Source of the DNA: a virus
Direction: 5' to 3' (one strand)
Virus record (IMG/VR): IMGVR_UViG_3300045988_167206
Location: 108,686 to 172,685 of that record
DNA length: 64,000 nt
Notes under the pieces: model-generated
Told to the model about the DNA's origin: nothing
Database searches by the model: none
The model's input: the letters and a program-made list of their open reading frames with translations, nothing else
Translations under genes and position numbers: made by a program
Part shown: positions 43,840 to 53,483 of the stretch, piece after piece
Numbering within the stretch: the stretch's first letter is position 1
How the letters are laid out: each line of letters begins with the position of its first letter

Positions 43840-44031
43840 ATGGATAAGAGATTTGAAGAATTAAAAAGTGAATTATTTATGTGGGGACAAGATCGTATTG
43901 AAGAGTTTCTTGGATATGAAATCAATCCGGATTGGGACAAAGATACGATCGACAATGCTATGGATGAAACTTATATGCAGATGCCCGAAGATGAACTTGA
44001 AGTATTTTATCAGCAGTATCTTATTGAGTAA
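43840..44031 (+). CDS. hypothetical protein (IEEFLGYE module)
   Basis: 63 aa. Paralogous to the C-terminus of 40541..40912. Confidence 0.55.
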   Translation: MDKRFEELKSELFMWGQDRIEEFLGYEINPDWDKDTIDNAMDETYMQMPEDELEVFYQQYLIE

Positions 44032-44130
44032 GAGATTTTTAGATGGAGTTAAATATATAACAGAGCAGAATTTGATGAAATGACAGAAAGAAATCTTTAA
44101 ACTGATTGAGGGAAAGGAAGGAAATTGATT

Positions 44131-44568
44131 ATGGATATCAATAATTTAACAAAAGAGCAGGCGATTGCAGAACATAGAAAAATGTGGAATTGGATCGCTG
44201 ATAGATTAGAGAATTATAATGATCCTGGTTATGATATTCATATGTATAAAGTGAAATATATAAAAGAAAACTTTCCACATAATGATATTAGACACGATTG
44301 TTTTTGTTGTCATTACGCTGTGCAAGAAAATGATGGTAATGTTTTTACTAATTATTGTATTAACTGTCCACTGATTTGGGGTACGGAAGATAATACAGAT
44401 GAATTCTTCTGTGAGCAAGGCAATCGTGATATTCCATTCGAAGATATGTATTTGTTTGGTGAAGAAGGATATGGATTATGGAATTACGCACAGAGCTTAA
44501 CAAAGAATCATGACTACGATGAAGCTGCTAAGGTCGCAAGGCAGATAGCAAATTTGCCGGAAAGGTGA
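44131..44568 (+). CDS. Cys/His-rich hypothetical protein
   Basis: Track ORF (TTG start at 44125) trimmed to ATG 44131. Contains HDCFCCHY...CINCP...FFCEQG. Confidence 0.65.
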   Translation: MDINNLTKEQAIAEHRKMWNWIADRLENYNDPGYDIHMYKVKYIKENFPHNDIRHDCFCCHYAVQENDGNVFTNYCINCPLIWGTEDNTDEFFCEQGNRDIPFEDMYLFGEEGYGLWNYAQSLTKNHDYDEAAKVARQIANLPER

Positions 44569-44574
44569 TTGATT

Positions 44575-44745
44575 ATGTTTAATACTACAGTACCATTAAG
44601 AATTTATGAAAATGTAAAGAAATACTTTGAAAAACATAATATGTCATATGATGTGCAGGAAATTATTCCGGATTTATTACTTTTATGTATGATCGGTTTA
44701 CGGAAGTGGCTCCTATTATGTTTTATTGATTCGGAAGGGAGATAA
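44575..44745 (+). pseudogene. truncated paralogue of gene 45437..45748
   Basis: 56 codons. The first ~33 aa (VPLRIYENVKKYFEKHNMSYDVQEIIPD) parallel VPVSINNPVYDHVRKYFKENNMPYEVQEIIPN of the 103-aa protein. The rest diverges into low-complexity hydrophobic sequence. Confidence 0.4.
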
Positions 44746-44747
44746 TT

Positions 44748-45392
44748 ATGAAATTATTGTTGGAAAACATTGCAGATATTCAAGAGATATATGGAACACG
44801 TATTATCTATAACAATGTATCATGTATCAAAAATATTATTAATAAGGATATGTTTAATAAATGTTTGATTTATAGTGAATCCAAAAATCATAAAATCAAA
44901 GGCAATATTAAATGCAGACCAATGAATACAGATTGGAAGACAGAATGTAAAGAAAACATGTTCTGGTTTCAGGACACATTGGAAGACATGAAACAAATGC
45001 ACCCATTTATGGATGACCGTCTGTTTGATCTTCGTCAAAAACTTCTTGATTTTGCTGGGGAAGTTGTCTGTCTTCCTGCTTACGAAGAAGACCTTGACAA
45101 CATCTTGAATTATGGTCAGTTCTGGGTTGGTAACAACGTAAAATTAATGCGTGGTGAACCAAGTCAATGTCATGCAAATTCATGTAATCTCTGGGAACAA
45201 AACAAAAATGCTACACGCATCTGTACCGGATATGCATTATCTGACGATGGAATGTGGCGTCAGCATAGTTGGCTTGTATGGCACAAAGCCCGTTCCAACC
45301 AGATTGTTGAGACAACTGTAAAACGCATTGTTTACTATGGCTTTGTCATGCCTTATGATATGTGTCAGAAATTTGCAGATGACAATTTTTAA
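44748..45392 (+). CDS. hypothetical protein
   Basis: 214-aa ORF with GGAAGGGAG SD. Confidence 0.7.
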   Translation: MKLLLENIADIQEIYGTRIIYNNVSCIKNIINKDMFNKCLIYSESKNHKIKGNIKCRPMNTDWKTECKENMFWFQDTLEDMKQMHPFMDDRLFDLRQKLLDFAGEVVCLPAYEEDLDNILNYGQFWVGNNVKLMRGEPSQCHANSCNLWEQNKNATRICTGYALSDDGMWRQHSWLVWHKARSNQIVETTVKRIVYYGFVMPYDMCQKFADDNF

Positions 45393-45436
45393 TATAACTA
45401 TGATAGTAAATTAATTTGGGAGTGAAATAATTAATT

Positions 45437-45748
45437 ATGGTTAATATTACTATTGTTCCAGTATCAATTAATAATCCTGTGTATGATCATGTAAGGAAAT
45501 ATTTCAAGGAAAATAATATGCCTTACGAAGTACAGGAAATTATTCCAAATGGAAGCCCATTTAATCATAATCTTTATATTGTGATTGCAAAACATACTAA
45601 TTATCCAGAGATCAAAAAATCGTACGGTGGTGGTCCATGGGTTGTCTGGAGCAGCTGGAATGAAAGCACACAGTGCTTAAATCACGGCCATTACGATATA
45701 GTGGATTATGATAAGGCATACGCACTTGCGATGGAATTAAGAGCGTAA
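45437..45748 (+). CDS. hypothetical protein
   Basis: 103-aa ORF. Confidence 0.6.
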   Translation: MVNITIVPVSINNPVYDHVRKYFKENNMPYEVQEIIPNGSPFNHNLYIVIAKHTNYPEIKKSYGGGPWVVWSSWNESTQCLNHGHYDIVDYDKAYALAMELRA

Positions 45749-45763
45749 GAAAGGTGTGAGATA

Positions 45764-46219
45764 ATGTACAAGCTTGAGACTTATATAAAAGAAGACAGAA
45801 TACCGTATATGGTTAAAACAGAAATTTGTAATGAAAAAATTACTGTAAATACTCCAAAAAAAGTATTCAACATGCTTAATACATATTTTAATCTTGGATT
45901 AAGATCAGAAGAATATGTATATATGATTTCAATGGATGCTAAATGCAATATCATTGGAATATTTGAAATATCACATGGGATCATTAATCAATCAATGTTG
46001 AACCCAAGAGAAATTTTTATGAAAGCTTTGTTATCTGGAGCAGCTTCAATTATTTTAGCACATAATCATCCAAGTGGTAATTGCTCTCCGTCACAAGAAG
46101 ATCGTAATTGTTGTAATAGAATACATGAAGTTGGAGAAATGTTAGGTATTGAATTATCTGATTTTCTTGTTGTAAGTGAAAAAACATATTGTTCTTTTAA
46201 AGAAAAAGCATATTTGTGA
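45764..46219 (+). CDS. radC: RadC-like JAB/MPN domain protein
   Basis: ILAHNHPSGNCSPSQEDRNCCNRI is the JAMM motif H-x-H-P-S-G...S-x2-D of the RadC family. Confidence 0.85.
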   Translation: MYKLETYIKEDRIPYMVKTEICNEKITVNTPKKVFNMLNTYFNLGLRSEEYVYMISMDAKCNIIGIFEISHGIINQSMLNPREIFMKALLSGAASIILAHNHPSGNCSPSQEDRNCCNRIHEVGEMLGIELSDFLVVSEKTYCSFKEKAYL

Positions 46220-46230
46220 GGTAAAAAGAT

Positions 46231-46428
46231 ATGAAGGTGCTGGTAACTGTAACAGAAACTTATACACATACATATTGTGTGGAAGCTAAGTCGAAAGAAG
46301 ATGCCGAAAGATATGCAGAAGATAAAGGTTTGGATTGCAATGTCTTTAATGATGATTGTGAAACAGAATACGAAGCAAGATTACCTAAAGGCGAAGACCT
46401 TAGTATGTATGAATATGTGAAGGATTGA
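46231..46428 (+). CDS. hypothetical protein
   Basis: 65-aa ORF with GAGGTAAAAAG SD. Confidence 0.5.
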   Translation: MKVLVTVTETYTHTYCVEAKSKEDAERYAEDKGLDCNVFNDDCETEYEARLPKGEDLSMYEYVKD

Positions 46429-46441
46429 GGTGGACGAGATT

Positions 46442-46627
46442 ATGTGGAATGATAGTTATGATATTACGCCGGATGAATTAAGTCAGATCATGGATATGTG
46501 TCGAAAAAATTGGACATGTACAAGATTTGAACCAGGAGAAACTTTATATATCCTTCTTTGTAGAGTAGATGAAGATGATATTGAAAATATAGTTGATAAA
46601 AAAGAATTTGAATTTGTGAAATGTTAG
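46442..46627 (+). CDS. hypothetical protein
   Basis: Track ORF (GTG start at 46430) trimmed to ATG 46442 (GAGGTGGA 7 nt upstream). Confidence 0.5.
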   Translation: MWNDSYDITPDELSQIMDMCRKNWTCTRFEPGETLYILLCRVDEDDIENIVDKKEFEFVKC

Positions 46628-46645
46628 AAAGGAAAGAGAATAAAA

Positions 46646-47122
46646 ATGAGTAAAGCAATTATTGACGCAATCGCACAGCCAGGAGTTATTGTAGTATTTG
46701 ATGTAGATGGAGTTCTTGCACCGTATGAGTGGGGAACTAACTGTCATCACAGTATGTCGGATGATGAATGGGATAGTAGACTTGCATCAGGCGAAGATCT
46801 TTACAAGACAATTCAGCCAGTGAAAACATTACAGAATTTTATTGCACAGAAAAATCCTGATGAAGTATATGTGTGTTCAAAAGCAGCCAATGTAGAAGCG
46901 AAATCAAAAAAGGAATTCTGTATTAGAGAGTATGGTATTAAGCCGGAAAACATTCGCTTGGTAAAAAAGAAATCTGATAAGTTGACATTACTGAATTCAC
47001 TCAGGGACGAGCTTAATATTCCAGAAAATCAGATCGCTATTGTAGAAGATACAGTTGAAACATTGGACATGATTGCTGATAAAAATAATTATAAAACAAT
47101 TCATGTGTCATCATTCTTGTAA
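46646..47122 (+). CDS. HAD-superfamily phosphatase (5'(3')-deoxyribonucleotidase-like)
   Basis: HAD motif I VVFDVDGVL near the N-terminus. Size of 158 aa and a C-terminal VEDT segment fit the small nucleotidase subfamily. Confidence 0.55.
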   Translation: MSKAIIDAIAQPGVIVVFDVDGVLAPYEWGTNCHHSMSDDEWDSRLASGEDLYKTIQPVKTLQNFIAQKNPDEVYVCSKAANVEAKSKKEFCIREYGIKPENIRLVKKKSDKLTLLNSLRDELNIPENQIAIVEDTVETLDMIADKNNYKTIHVSSFL

Positions 47123-47160
47123 TAAAGAATTCACATTTTTCTTATGAAAGGAGAATTAAT

Positions 47161-47856
47161 ATGGCAGACATAAGAGAAAAAATTCAGAAACTGTTGGCAT
47201 TATCAAAATCTCCGAATGAACATGAAGCATATGCAGCACTGGTTAAAGCAAGAGAATTAATCGCAAAAAACAAGCTGGATGAAATAGATTTTGAAGATAA
47301 AGAAAAAAAGAAAGTAATTAAAACAATGGAGCTTACTGGAATTTCTTACAGTATGAGACGCAATCCCTGGATGAATGATCTTAAAGAAGTAATTGCTGAG
47401 AATTATTGTTGTAAGAGTTTTGCGAAACGCATAAAAAAGACGAGATATATAAAATTTATGGGTTTAGAAGAAGATGTTGATATGTGTACAGATGTATTTT
47501 GGTATGCATTAAATTGTATTAATGACGGAATTGAGAAAGAAAAGAAAAAATATAAAGGAGCCAAAACGAAAGATTTAACAATCATAGCAAACAGTTATGG
47601 TTTTGGGTTTATTGATGGACTCAAACAGGCATTCGAAAAACAGAATCAGGAAAATGAAAAAGGATGGGGATTGGTTTTAACTGTTCCAGAAGAGGTAATA
47701 GATAGAGTAAATGAATTATGTGGGAAACCTAAAAAATTATCATGTAAAGCAGCAAATGAAATTCATCCGGATACATACAGTGCCGGTTATGCCGAAGGAA
47801 AACAATTTACAACAAGAAAGAAATTAGGTGAAGAGAATGAAAAAATTGAATCCTAA
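47161..47856 (+). CDS. DUF2786-domain protein
   Basis: N-terminal IREKIQKLLALSKSPNEHEAYAALVKARELIAKNKL is the characteristic DUF2786 helix pair. Confidence 0.75.
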   Translation: MADIREKIQKLLALSKSPNEHEAYAALVKARELIAKNKLDEIDFEDKEKKKVIKTMELTGISYSMRRNPWMNDLKEVIAENYCCKSFAKRIKKTRYIKFMGLEEDVDMCTDVFWYALNCINDGIEKEKKKYKGAKTKDLTIIANSYGFGFIDGLKQAFEKQNQENEKGWGLVLTVPEEVIDRVNELCGKPKKLSCKAANEIHPDTYSAGYAEGKQFTTRKKLGEENEKIES

Positions 47857-48097
47857 TGAACAAGAATATCTTCATGGATTAAATAATGAAGTAATGTCTA
47901 ATATTAACAACGCAATAGATTTATTATGTAAAAGCAAATATTTATTAGAACGTTGTGAAGTATACGCATTAGAAACAAGTGCTATTAATGATAGGATTTC
48001 ACAAGCAATAACTATGGCAATTAGCGCAAGGATTAGATCTGGAGAATTTAGGGAAGAAATAAGTAGCGGAGAAATTTCAACAGAGGGATTTTATTAA
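47837..48097 (+). CDS. hypothetical protein
   Basis: Track ORF (GTG start at 47828) trimmed to ATG 47837 (AGGTGA upstream). Confidence 0.55.
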   Translation: MKKLNPNEQEYLHGLNNEVMSNINNAIDLLCKSKYLLERCEVYALETSAINDRISQAITMAISARIRSGEFREEISSGEISTEGFY

Positions 48098-48112
48098 AAA
48101 GAGAGAAATAAA

Positions 48113-48349
48113 ATGGATATATATAAATTTGCAATAATGACTATTTCATTAGATATTTTGATAAATATACATATAGCGACCACAATGATGAAAATACCAG
48201 AATTTAATTGGAAACATGAAAAATTATCAATAATCGTGCATACATTCATTATTGTTATATTTTTTGTAGCATGGTTTTATGTTTTTGTATATTCGGATTG
48301 GATTTATATTTGGCTTCATAATTTAAGTGAAAAAACTATGAAAATTTAA
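48113..48349 (+). CDS. membrane protein (2 TM)
   Basis: 78 aa with hydrophobic segments FAIMTISLDILINIHIA and IIVHTFIIVIFFVAWFYVFVY. Confidence 0.6.
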   Translation: MDIYKFAIMTISLDILINIHIATTMMKIPEFNWKHEKLSIIVHTFIIVIFFVAWFYVFVYSDWIYIWLHNLSEKTMKI

Positions 48350-48367
48350 GAAAGCATGAAATAAATA

Positions 48368-48553
48368 ATGAAAAAGGTTAGTGAGGAATATAAAAAAAGA
48401 ACAGAAGAATGGTTGGATGAACGATGGTGGTTTACACAAATGGAAGATGCTAGACCGCAAGAAATGAGCTATTATCTAGGAGCCGTAAAAGCACTTGAAT
48501 TTCTTGGATTTGATTGGGTACGAGACGAACACGGCAAGCATACGATTTATTAA
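48368..48553 (+). CDS. hypothetical protein
   Basis: 61-aa ORF. Confidence 0.5.
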   Translation: MKKVSEEYKKRTEEWLDERWWFTQMEDARPQEMSYYLGAVKALEFLGFDWVRDEHGKHTIY

Positions 48554-48576
48554 AAATTTTTAAGGAGGGTGTTCAT

Positions 48577-48792
48577 ATGAAATATTATATACCGTTTACA
48601 TATGGAAGATATGGAAAAATTTGTATAGAAGCAGATAATCCTAAAGAAGCTGTCGATAAAGCAAAAACAGAATTAAGTGTAATAAGTGAAATAGATTTAA
48701 ACAGGATATCTGCATATCTTGCAGATTCATTGGAAATTGATAAAGACGGGGTTATTCTAGATGAGTGTGGAAATATTGTTGGGGTGATTTAA
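48577..48792 (+). CDS. hypothetical protein
   Basis: Track ORF trimmed to ATG 48577 (AAGGAGGG upstream). Confidence 0.55.
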   Translation: MKYYIPFTYGRYGKICIEADNPKEAVDKAKTELSVISEIDLNRISAYLADSLEIDKDGVILDECGNIVGVI

Positions 48793-48793
48793 A

Positions 48794-49054
48794 ATGGAAA
48801 AAAAATATTATGCATTTTGGAAATATGATAGTGTCCCATATTTACTCGGTGGAGAAATAGAAGAATTTAAATCAGACGGACGAGTAAAAATTAAAGGATT
48901 TACAGGAATACTATTTCATCCAGTGAAAATTGTACCATTGGCGACAGGAATTAAACTTAAGAAACTTCTCGATATAGCAGAAGCAAATTATAGTATAAAA
49001 TATCAACAAATTGATAGAGAGTTGAAGTCTGTAATCGATAAAATTTGTGAATAA
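48794..49054 (+). CDS. hypothetical protein
   Basis: 86-aa ORF abutting the upstream stop. Confidence 0.55.
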   Translation: MEKKYYAFWKYDSVPYLLGGEIEEFKSDGRVKIKGFTGILFHPVKIVPLATGIKLKKLLDIAEANYSIKYQQIDRELKSVIDKICE

Positions 49055-49067
49055 AGGAGAATTAGCT

Positions 49068-49250
49068 ATGACACATTGCTATATTTGTGAAAAGTCAGAT
49101 ATAACTAATCCAAATGTAAAAATAACATATTGTGGAAAAAAGAAAGGAAAAAGAGTACAGAAAACAATAAGAATTTGTAATACTTGTGCAGCTATGATGA
49201 CAGATGAAGAAATAAAAGATCAGGTTAGAGATTGGGAAAGATGGGATTAA
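49068..49250 (+). CDS. zinc-ribbon small protein
   Basis: Track ORF trimmed to ATG 49068 (AAAGGAGAA upstream). Contains CYIC...CNTC. Confidence 0.55.
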   Translation: MTHCYICEKSDITNPNVKITYCGKKKGKRVQKTIRICNTCAAMMTDEEIKDQVRDWERWD

Positions 49251-49253
49251 ATT

Positions 49254-49634
49254 ATGCAGATGGTAAATCAGGGAATTATTTCTATTCCAAAAGAATGGGA
49301 AGGTGCATTGAAATTTTGTTTACGATGTGTTGGTATGGACGAAGAAGCAGTTGATATTACAGTTGAAAATGATAAGGCAATTGCTAATATTGAAGAATAC
49401 TATGGAGATATTGAAGAAAGTTTAAAAGATTTGGTAGATATGTTTGTCGCTGCGGATGTTCCGATCGATATAGACATTGAATACTATGGTGATTATAACG
49501 GAGCGTATAAAGTTGAAAATGATGAATTAATTTGTCTGGACGCTGAAGATTTGGCAGTAAAAAAATCTAATGACGATGAGCTGATTAAAGAATTGGAGCG
49601 TAGAGGATATCAAGTAGTTAAGCGTAAGAAATAA
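49254..49634 (+). CDS. hypothetical acidic protein
   Basis: 126-aa ORF. Confidence 0.65.
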   Translation: MQMVNQGIISIPKEWEGALKFCLRCVGMDEEAVDITVENDKAIANIEEYYGDIEESLKDLVDMFVAADVPIDIDIEYYGDYNGAYKVENDELICLDAEDLAVKKSNDDELIKELERRGYQVVKRKK

Positions 49635-49656
49635 ATGTAAAATTTAAAAATATATT
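49635..49656 (+). promoter_or_regulatory. copy of conserved 15-mer with extended match
   Basis: ATGTAAAATTTAAAAATATATT. 31 nt upstream of ATG 49687. Confidence 0.6.
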
Positions 49657-49686
49657 AACGAATTAAGGAAAAGGAGATTGATAATT

Positions 49687-49944
49687 ATGAAACAGATTAT
49701 AAAATTTATAGACACAGATGTTGATGGCTGTGGCACAAATATAGAAATAATGATTCAAATTAAAGGTAAACATAAAATAACAAATGAAGTCATTCGAAGA
49801 ACAGAAGATGTTATTGAAAAATATAAAAAAGAAAATAAAGAAGAATGGGATACTGATAGCATTATCAATATAGCATGTGAACATTTAAAAACAGAAGGTT
49901 ATACATGCTACTACATTGTAGAAGAAGCAACAATTGAATTTTAA
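49687..49944 (+). CDS. hypothetical protein
   Basis: Track ORF trimmed to ATG 49687 (AAAAGGAGA upstream). Confidence 0.55.
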   Translation: MKQIIKFIDTDVDGCGTNIEIMIQIKGKHKITNEVIRRTEDVIEKYKKENKEEWDTDSIINIACEHLKTEGYTCYYIVEEATIEF

Positions 49945-49976
49945 ATTAAATATTTACTATAAAGGAGATTGATATT

Positions 49977-50951
49977 ATGATGACAAATTTAAACGGAACA
50001 AGAAGAACAAATAATGTTACACATGTAGAAACAATGTTTGATGCAAGAAAAACTCCATGGGACGGTCTTGGTAGAGAAATTGCAGGAGCTGTAACATCTA
50101 AAGATGCACTTAGACTTGCACAGTTAGATTGGTATGTAAAAAGCAGATCGGTTAAAGATTCTACAACTGGAAATATTATTCCGAACTGGAAAGCAAATGT
50201 AAGAGATATTGATAATAGCGTACTTGGTATGGTGTCCGGTAGATATCAGATTGTGCAGAATGACGAAGCGTTTGCATTTACAGATGCTCTTCTGGGCGAA
50301 GGCGTTACATATGAAACAGCCGGATCCTTAAATGGCGGCAGAAAGGTATGGATGCTTGCTAGACTTGATGGAAGAGATATTGCCGGAGAGAAGATTGATC
50401 CTTATCTGGTATTTACTAATAGCCATGATGGAAAGGGATCCGTAAGAGTAGCGATCACACCGATCAGAGTATGGTGCAGTAATACTCTTAACCTGGCATT
50501 AAAAAGAGCACAGCGTCAGTGGAGTTGTACTCATACAGGAGATATCAACGGTAAGCTCGAAGATGCCAGGATGACTATTATTAATAGTGAAAAATATCTT
50601 GGTGCTCTTAAAGACGAATTTGAAACCTTAAAGCTGAAGAAGATCACGAAAGATAAAATGTTCGAATTCACAAAAGAGCTTCTTCCGCTTGATGAAGTGA
50701 GAGATACAGTATTAAAAGCAAATAATATTGAGCGTGATAGAGAAATGCTTATGCAGTGTTGGGATGCACCGGATCTCCAGCAGACAGAGAATAGTTTATT
50801 TAAGTTTGTCAATGCTGTATCAGATTTCTCTACTCATAGACCTGCAAAAAGAATTACAGAAACAGGACAGCAGAATAGATTCATGAAGGTAGTTAATGGA
50901 GACGACCTGATTGATAAAGCGTATAAGATCGCACAGAGGGAGCTGATTTAA
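49977..50951 (+). CDS. DUF932 (phage/plasmid-like protein, TIGR03299-type)
   Basis: RYQIVQNDEAFAFTDALLGEG...GGRKVWMLARL...LVFTNSHDGKGSVRVAITPIRVWCSNTL matches the DUF932 core pattern. Confidence 0.8.
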   Translation: MMTNLNGTRRTNNVTHVETMFDARKTPWDGLGREIAGAVTSKDALRLAQLDWYVKSRSVKDSTTGNIIPNWKANVRDIDNSVLGMVSGRYQIVQNDEAFAFTDALLGEGVTYETAGSLNGGRKVWMLARLDGRDIAGEKIDPYLVFTNSHDGKGSVRVAITPIRVWCSNTLNLALKRAQRQWSCTHTGDINGKLEDARMTIINSEKYLGALKDEFETLKLKKITKDKMFEFTKELLPLDEVRDTVLKANNIERDREMLMQCWDAPDLQQTENSLFKFVNAVSDFSTHRPAKRITETGQQNRFMKVVNGDDLIDKAYKIAQRELI

Positions 50952-51128
50952 ATGAAAATGGTAAAAAATGAAAACCCATTAAATACAATGGAAATTCAGC
51001 AGACTCCGGACCAGAAATGGTTCGGGTTCTGCGAGCAGACACATGAGTATACGCCGCCATTTATAAGTAAGAAAAATTTAATAAAAATGCTTGTAATGAA
51101 AGGATATGAGGTGATAGAAGATGATTGA
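50952..51128 (+). CDS. hypothetical small protein (58 aa)
   Basis: Not in the ORF track. The ATG directly follows the DUF932 stop and the 3' end overlaps the next ATG. Confidence 0.45.
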   Translation: MKMVKNENPLNTMEIQQTPDQKWFGFCEQTHEYTPPFISKKNLIKMLVMKGYEVIEDD

Positions 51129-51678
51129 TTTATTAGAAAAAGCTGTGTTTGTAAAAACACAGGATGAATATAAAAATCTTTTAAGAATGGCTAAATTACA
51201 GGGCTTTAAATTAACTGATGATTTAAAAGCAGAAATATCATTACCAAATATACTGTTTTTTAATCGAAACAAAATAATTGCTAAATTGAATTCAGACGAA
51301 ACAAGAATAATATATGAAGCATCCGAAATTCTTAGTGCAAATACCGAAAAAGAGATGACGGCCAGAGAATTTTTGGAGAAATTGATTATTAAATATATTA
51401 ATTGTAGTGGGAGAGGGTGCGAAAATTGCAAGCTTTGTATGTATAATAATAAACTCGAAAAGCAACTTTGCGACTCTAATTTATGGAAAACAGACGATAT
51501 TGATTATCTTATCGAATTAGTATCAGATGACGATCCAATTTATCACCCGCCAATGGACAATGTCAAAGCTGCTAATTTTATTGACGATGTACTCGGTGGA
51601 AAGGAATTAAGTAAAGATGAAGAAGAGGCATTGAAATATGCTGCAGAGAAATTAAGAAAAATGAAAGAAAATGAATAA
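51121..51678 (+). CDS. hypothetical protein
   Basis: 185-aa ORF with GAGGTGA SD. Confidence 0.7.
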   Translation: MIDLLEKAVFVKTQDEYKNLLRMAKLQGFKLTDDLKAEISLPNILFFNRNKIIAKLNSDETRIIYEASEILSANTEKEMTAREFLEKLIIKYINCSGRGCENCKLCMYNNKLEKQLCDSNLWKTDDIDYLIELVSDDDPIYHPPMDNVKAANFIDDVLGGKELSKDEEEALKYAAEKLRKMKENE

Positions 51679-52258
51679 AAAAATAGGAGAAAATCAAATA
51701 AATATAGACATTTTAAATATGTCTGACGAAGAAATTGTCTTGGTAAATGTTAATCGGTTGTATTATCGTTTGGCAACATTATCACGTTCCGATAAGAGTT
51801 TTGAGGCAGTACAAATAATACATAATGCATTAAACAATGTACCTGCAAGACAAATGTTTGTAGAAATGTCTATAAAACATGTTAAAACATGTTTCGGAAA
51901 CAGTTTGCCGAATATGCCATTTAATTCATTCAGAAAAAGAAGGAGTAAAATAATGAAGAAAATAATCAACGGTAAAAAATATGATACAGAGACAGCCAAA
52001 GAATTAGGATGTTGGGATAATGGATATTTATCTAATGATTTTAGTTATTGCGAAGAAACACTTTATCGTAAGAAAACAGGAGAATATTTCCTGCATGGAC
52101 TAGGCGGCGCGCTAACACAGTATTCTGAAAAGACATGGAATGGAAGTACAGGTGGTCAAGTTATTACACCTCTGACGGAATATGAGGCAAATAGATGGGC
52201 TGAAATGCATTTAACTGTTGATGAATACGAATCAATATTTGGAGAGGTAGAGGAATGA
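51671..52258 (+). CDS. hypothetical protein (possible internal start at 51953)
   Basis: 195-aa ORF. A strong AAGGAG plus ATG inside the frame at 51953 precedes the conserved-looking MKKIINGKKYDTETAKELG... C-terminal domain. Confidence 0.65.
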   Translation: MNKKIGENQINIDILNMSDEEIVLVNVNRLYYRLATLSRSDKSFEAVQIIHNALNNVPARQMFVEMSIKHVKTCFGNSLPNMPFNSFRKRRSKIMKKIINGKKYDTETAKELGCWDNGYLSNDFSYCEETLYRKKTGEYFLHGLGGALTQYSEKTWNGSTGGQVITPLTEYEANRWAEMHLTVDEYESIFGEVEE

Positions 52259-52443
52259 AATACAGATTTTGTGTAATGTTATGTGGTGGATATTGTGGTG
52301 GATATATCCACGTAAACGCTGACGATGAAGATGATGCTTATGACAAGGCAATTGAATATGTAGGACCTAGATTGTATAAAGCATTTCCGGAATTAGATAT
52401 TGAATATTCAGTAGAATTGTGTGACGAAAGTGAGAGTGAATAA
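52255..52443 (+). CDS. hypothetical protein
   Basis: 62-aa ORF with an overlapping start. Confidence 0.5.
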   Translation: MKYRFCVMLCGGYCGGYIHVNADDEDDAYDKAIEYVGPRLYKAFPELDIEYSVELCDESESE

Positions 52444-52445
52444 TT

Positions 52446-52778
52446 ATGCAAAGCATGTATATTGAAAGAGATGGCAAGCAGATTCAGCTGACTGTGGATG
52501 AAATTAAGTCAGCTTGGGCTGCCTGGGATGCAGAATTGAGAAATGATCAAAAAGAAGAAGTAAAGCACACACTGTTAAAATTAAGTAATGAAAATGATGG
52601 ACTTCAATATAAATTGGCTGCAGACAATGATGACATTATAGATGAAATTGCCAGAGATATTCGAGAATCCATTGAAAACGGATGCGATTACGATTGGTGT
52701 TTTAATACTGGTGAATATGGAGGCTTTATGGATAGTTATAATGCTGCAATGGAAGTTTTTGGAGGAGATGAAGAATGA
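52446..52778 (+). CDS. hypothetical protein (IERDG family)
   Basis: 110 aa. N-terminal YIERDGKQIQLTVDEIKSAW is paralogous to 53229..53483. Confidence 0.6.
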   Translation: MQSMYIERDGKQIQLTVDEIKSAWAAWDAELRNDQKEEVKHTLLKLSNENDGLQYKLAADNDDIIDEIARDIRESIENGCDYDWCFNTGEYGGFMDSYNAAMEVFGGDEE

Positions 52779-53248
52779 CAAATAGAGAGTTTTATAAAGA
52801 ACAGATTCTGGATGTTGTGTGTGACAAATGTAGTAAATTTGCGTTTGATGAACGTATAAACAAAGTAGTACCATGTGATGAGTGCGATTGTGATTTTTGT
52901 AAATTTAATAATAATTACGATTGTTTTTTTAAGAGGAGAGAATGGGCTAACTCTGAATACATCGAAAAACCAAAACTCACAGAAAATGAAAAGAAGTTTT
53001 TAGATATTATTGATCCTGAATTTAAATATATTGCAAGGGATTTAGATGGAGACTTATATATATTTAAAAGGGAACCTAAAAAATTAAAAGAAATTTGGGG
53101 GTATTTAGATAATTGTAGAAGAATAGAAGAAAAATTTTTTAGAGAATTATCATTTTCCTTTATTAAATGGGAAGATAGGGAACCATGGTTAATTGATGAT
53201 TTGAAGAAGTTAGAAATAAGGAAGGAAGATGGAGAAAATGATAATTGA
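52775..53248 (+). CDS. Cys-rich hypothetical protein
   Basis: 157 aa with CDKCSK...PCDECDCDFCKF. Confidence 0.65.
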   Translation: MTNREFYKEQILDVVCDKCSKFAFDERINKVVPCDECDCDFCKFNNNYDCFFKRREWANSEYIEKPKLTENEKKFLDIIDPEFKYIARDLDGDLYIFKREPKKLKEIWGYLDNCRRIEEKFFRELSFSFIKWEDREPWLIDDLKKLEIRKEDGENDN

Positions 53249-53483
53249 ACGTGATGGAAGACAATACGAATTAACGCATGAAGAATTGAGTGCAGCAAAT
53301 ACTGAATTTGTTACAGATTTTATGAAAAGAACATTGATTGACGATTTTGGATTGACGGAAGATGAAGCCGAAGAATGGGCTAAAATTGCATATGATTATT
53401 ATTGTGATGAGCATGGCACAGAATATGACTGTATAGAACTGGCATATGATGACTATTTAGAACAGGAGAATAAGGATGAATAA
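53229..53483 (+). CDS. hypothetical protein (IERDG family)
   Basis: 84 aa (or 81 aa from ATG 53238). Contains IIERDGRQYELTHEELSAAN. Confidence 0.55.
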   Translation: MEKMIIERDGRQYELTHEELSAANTEFVTDFMKRTLIDDFGLTEDEAEEWAKIAYDYYCDEHGTEYDCIELAYDDYLEQENKDE

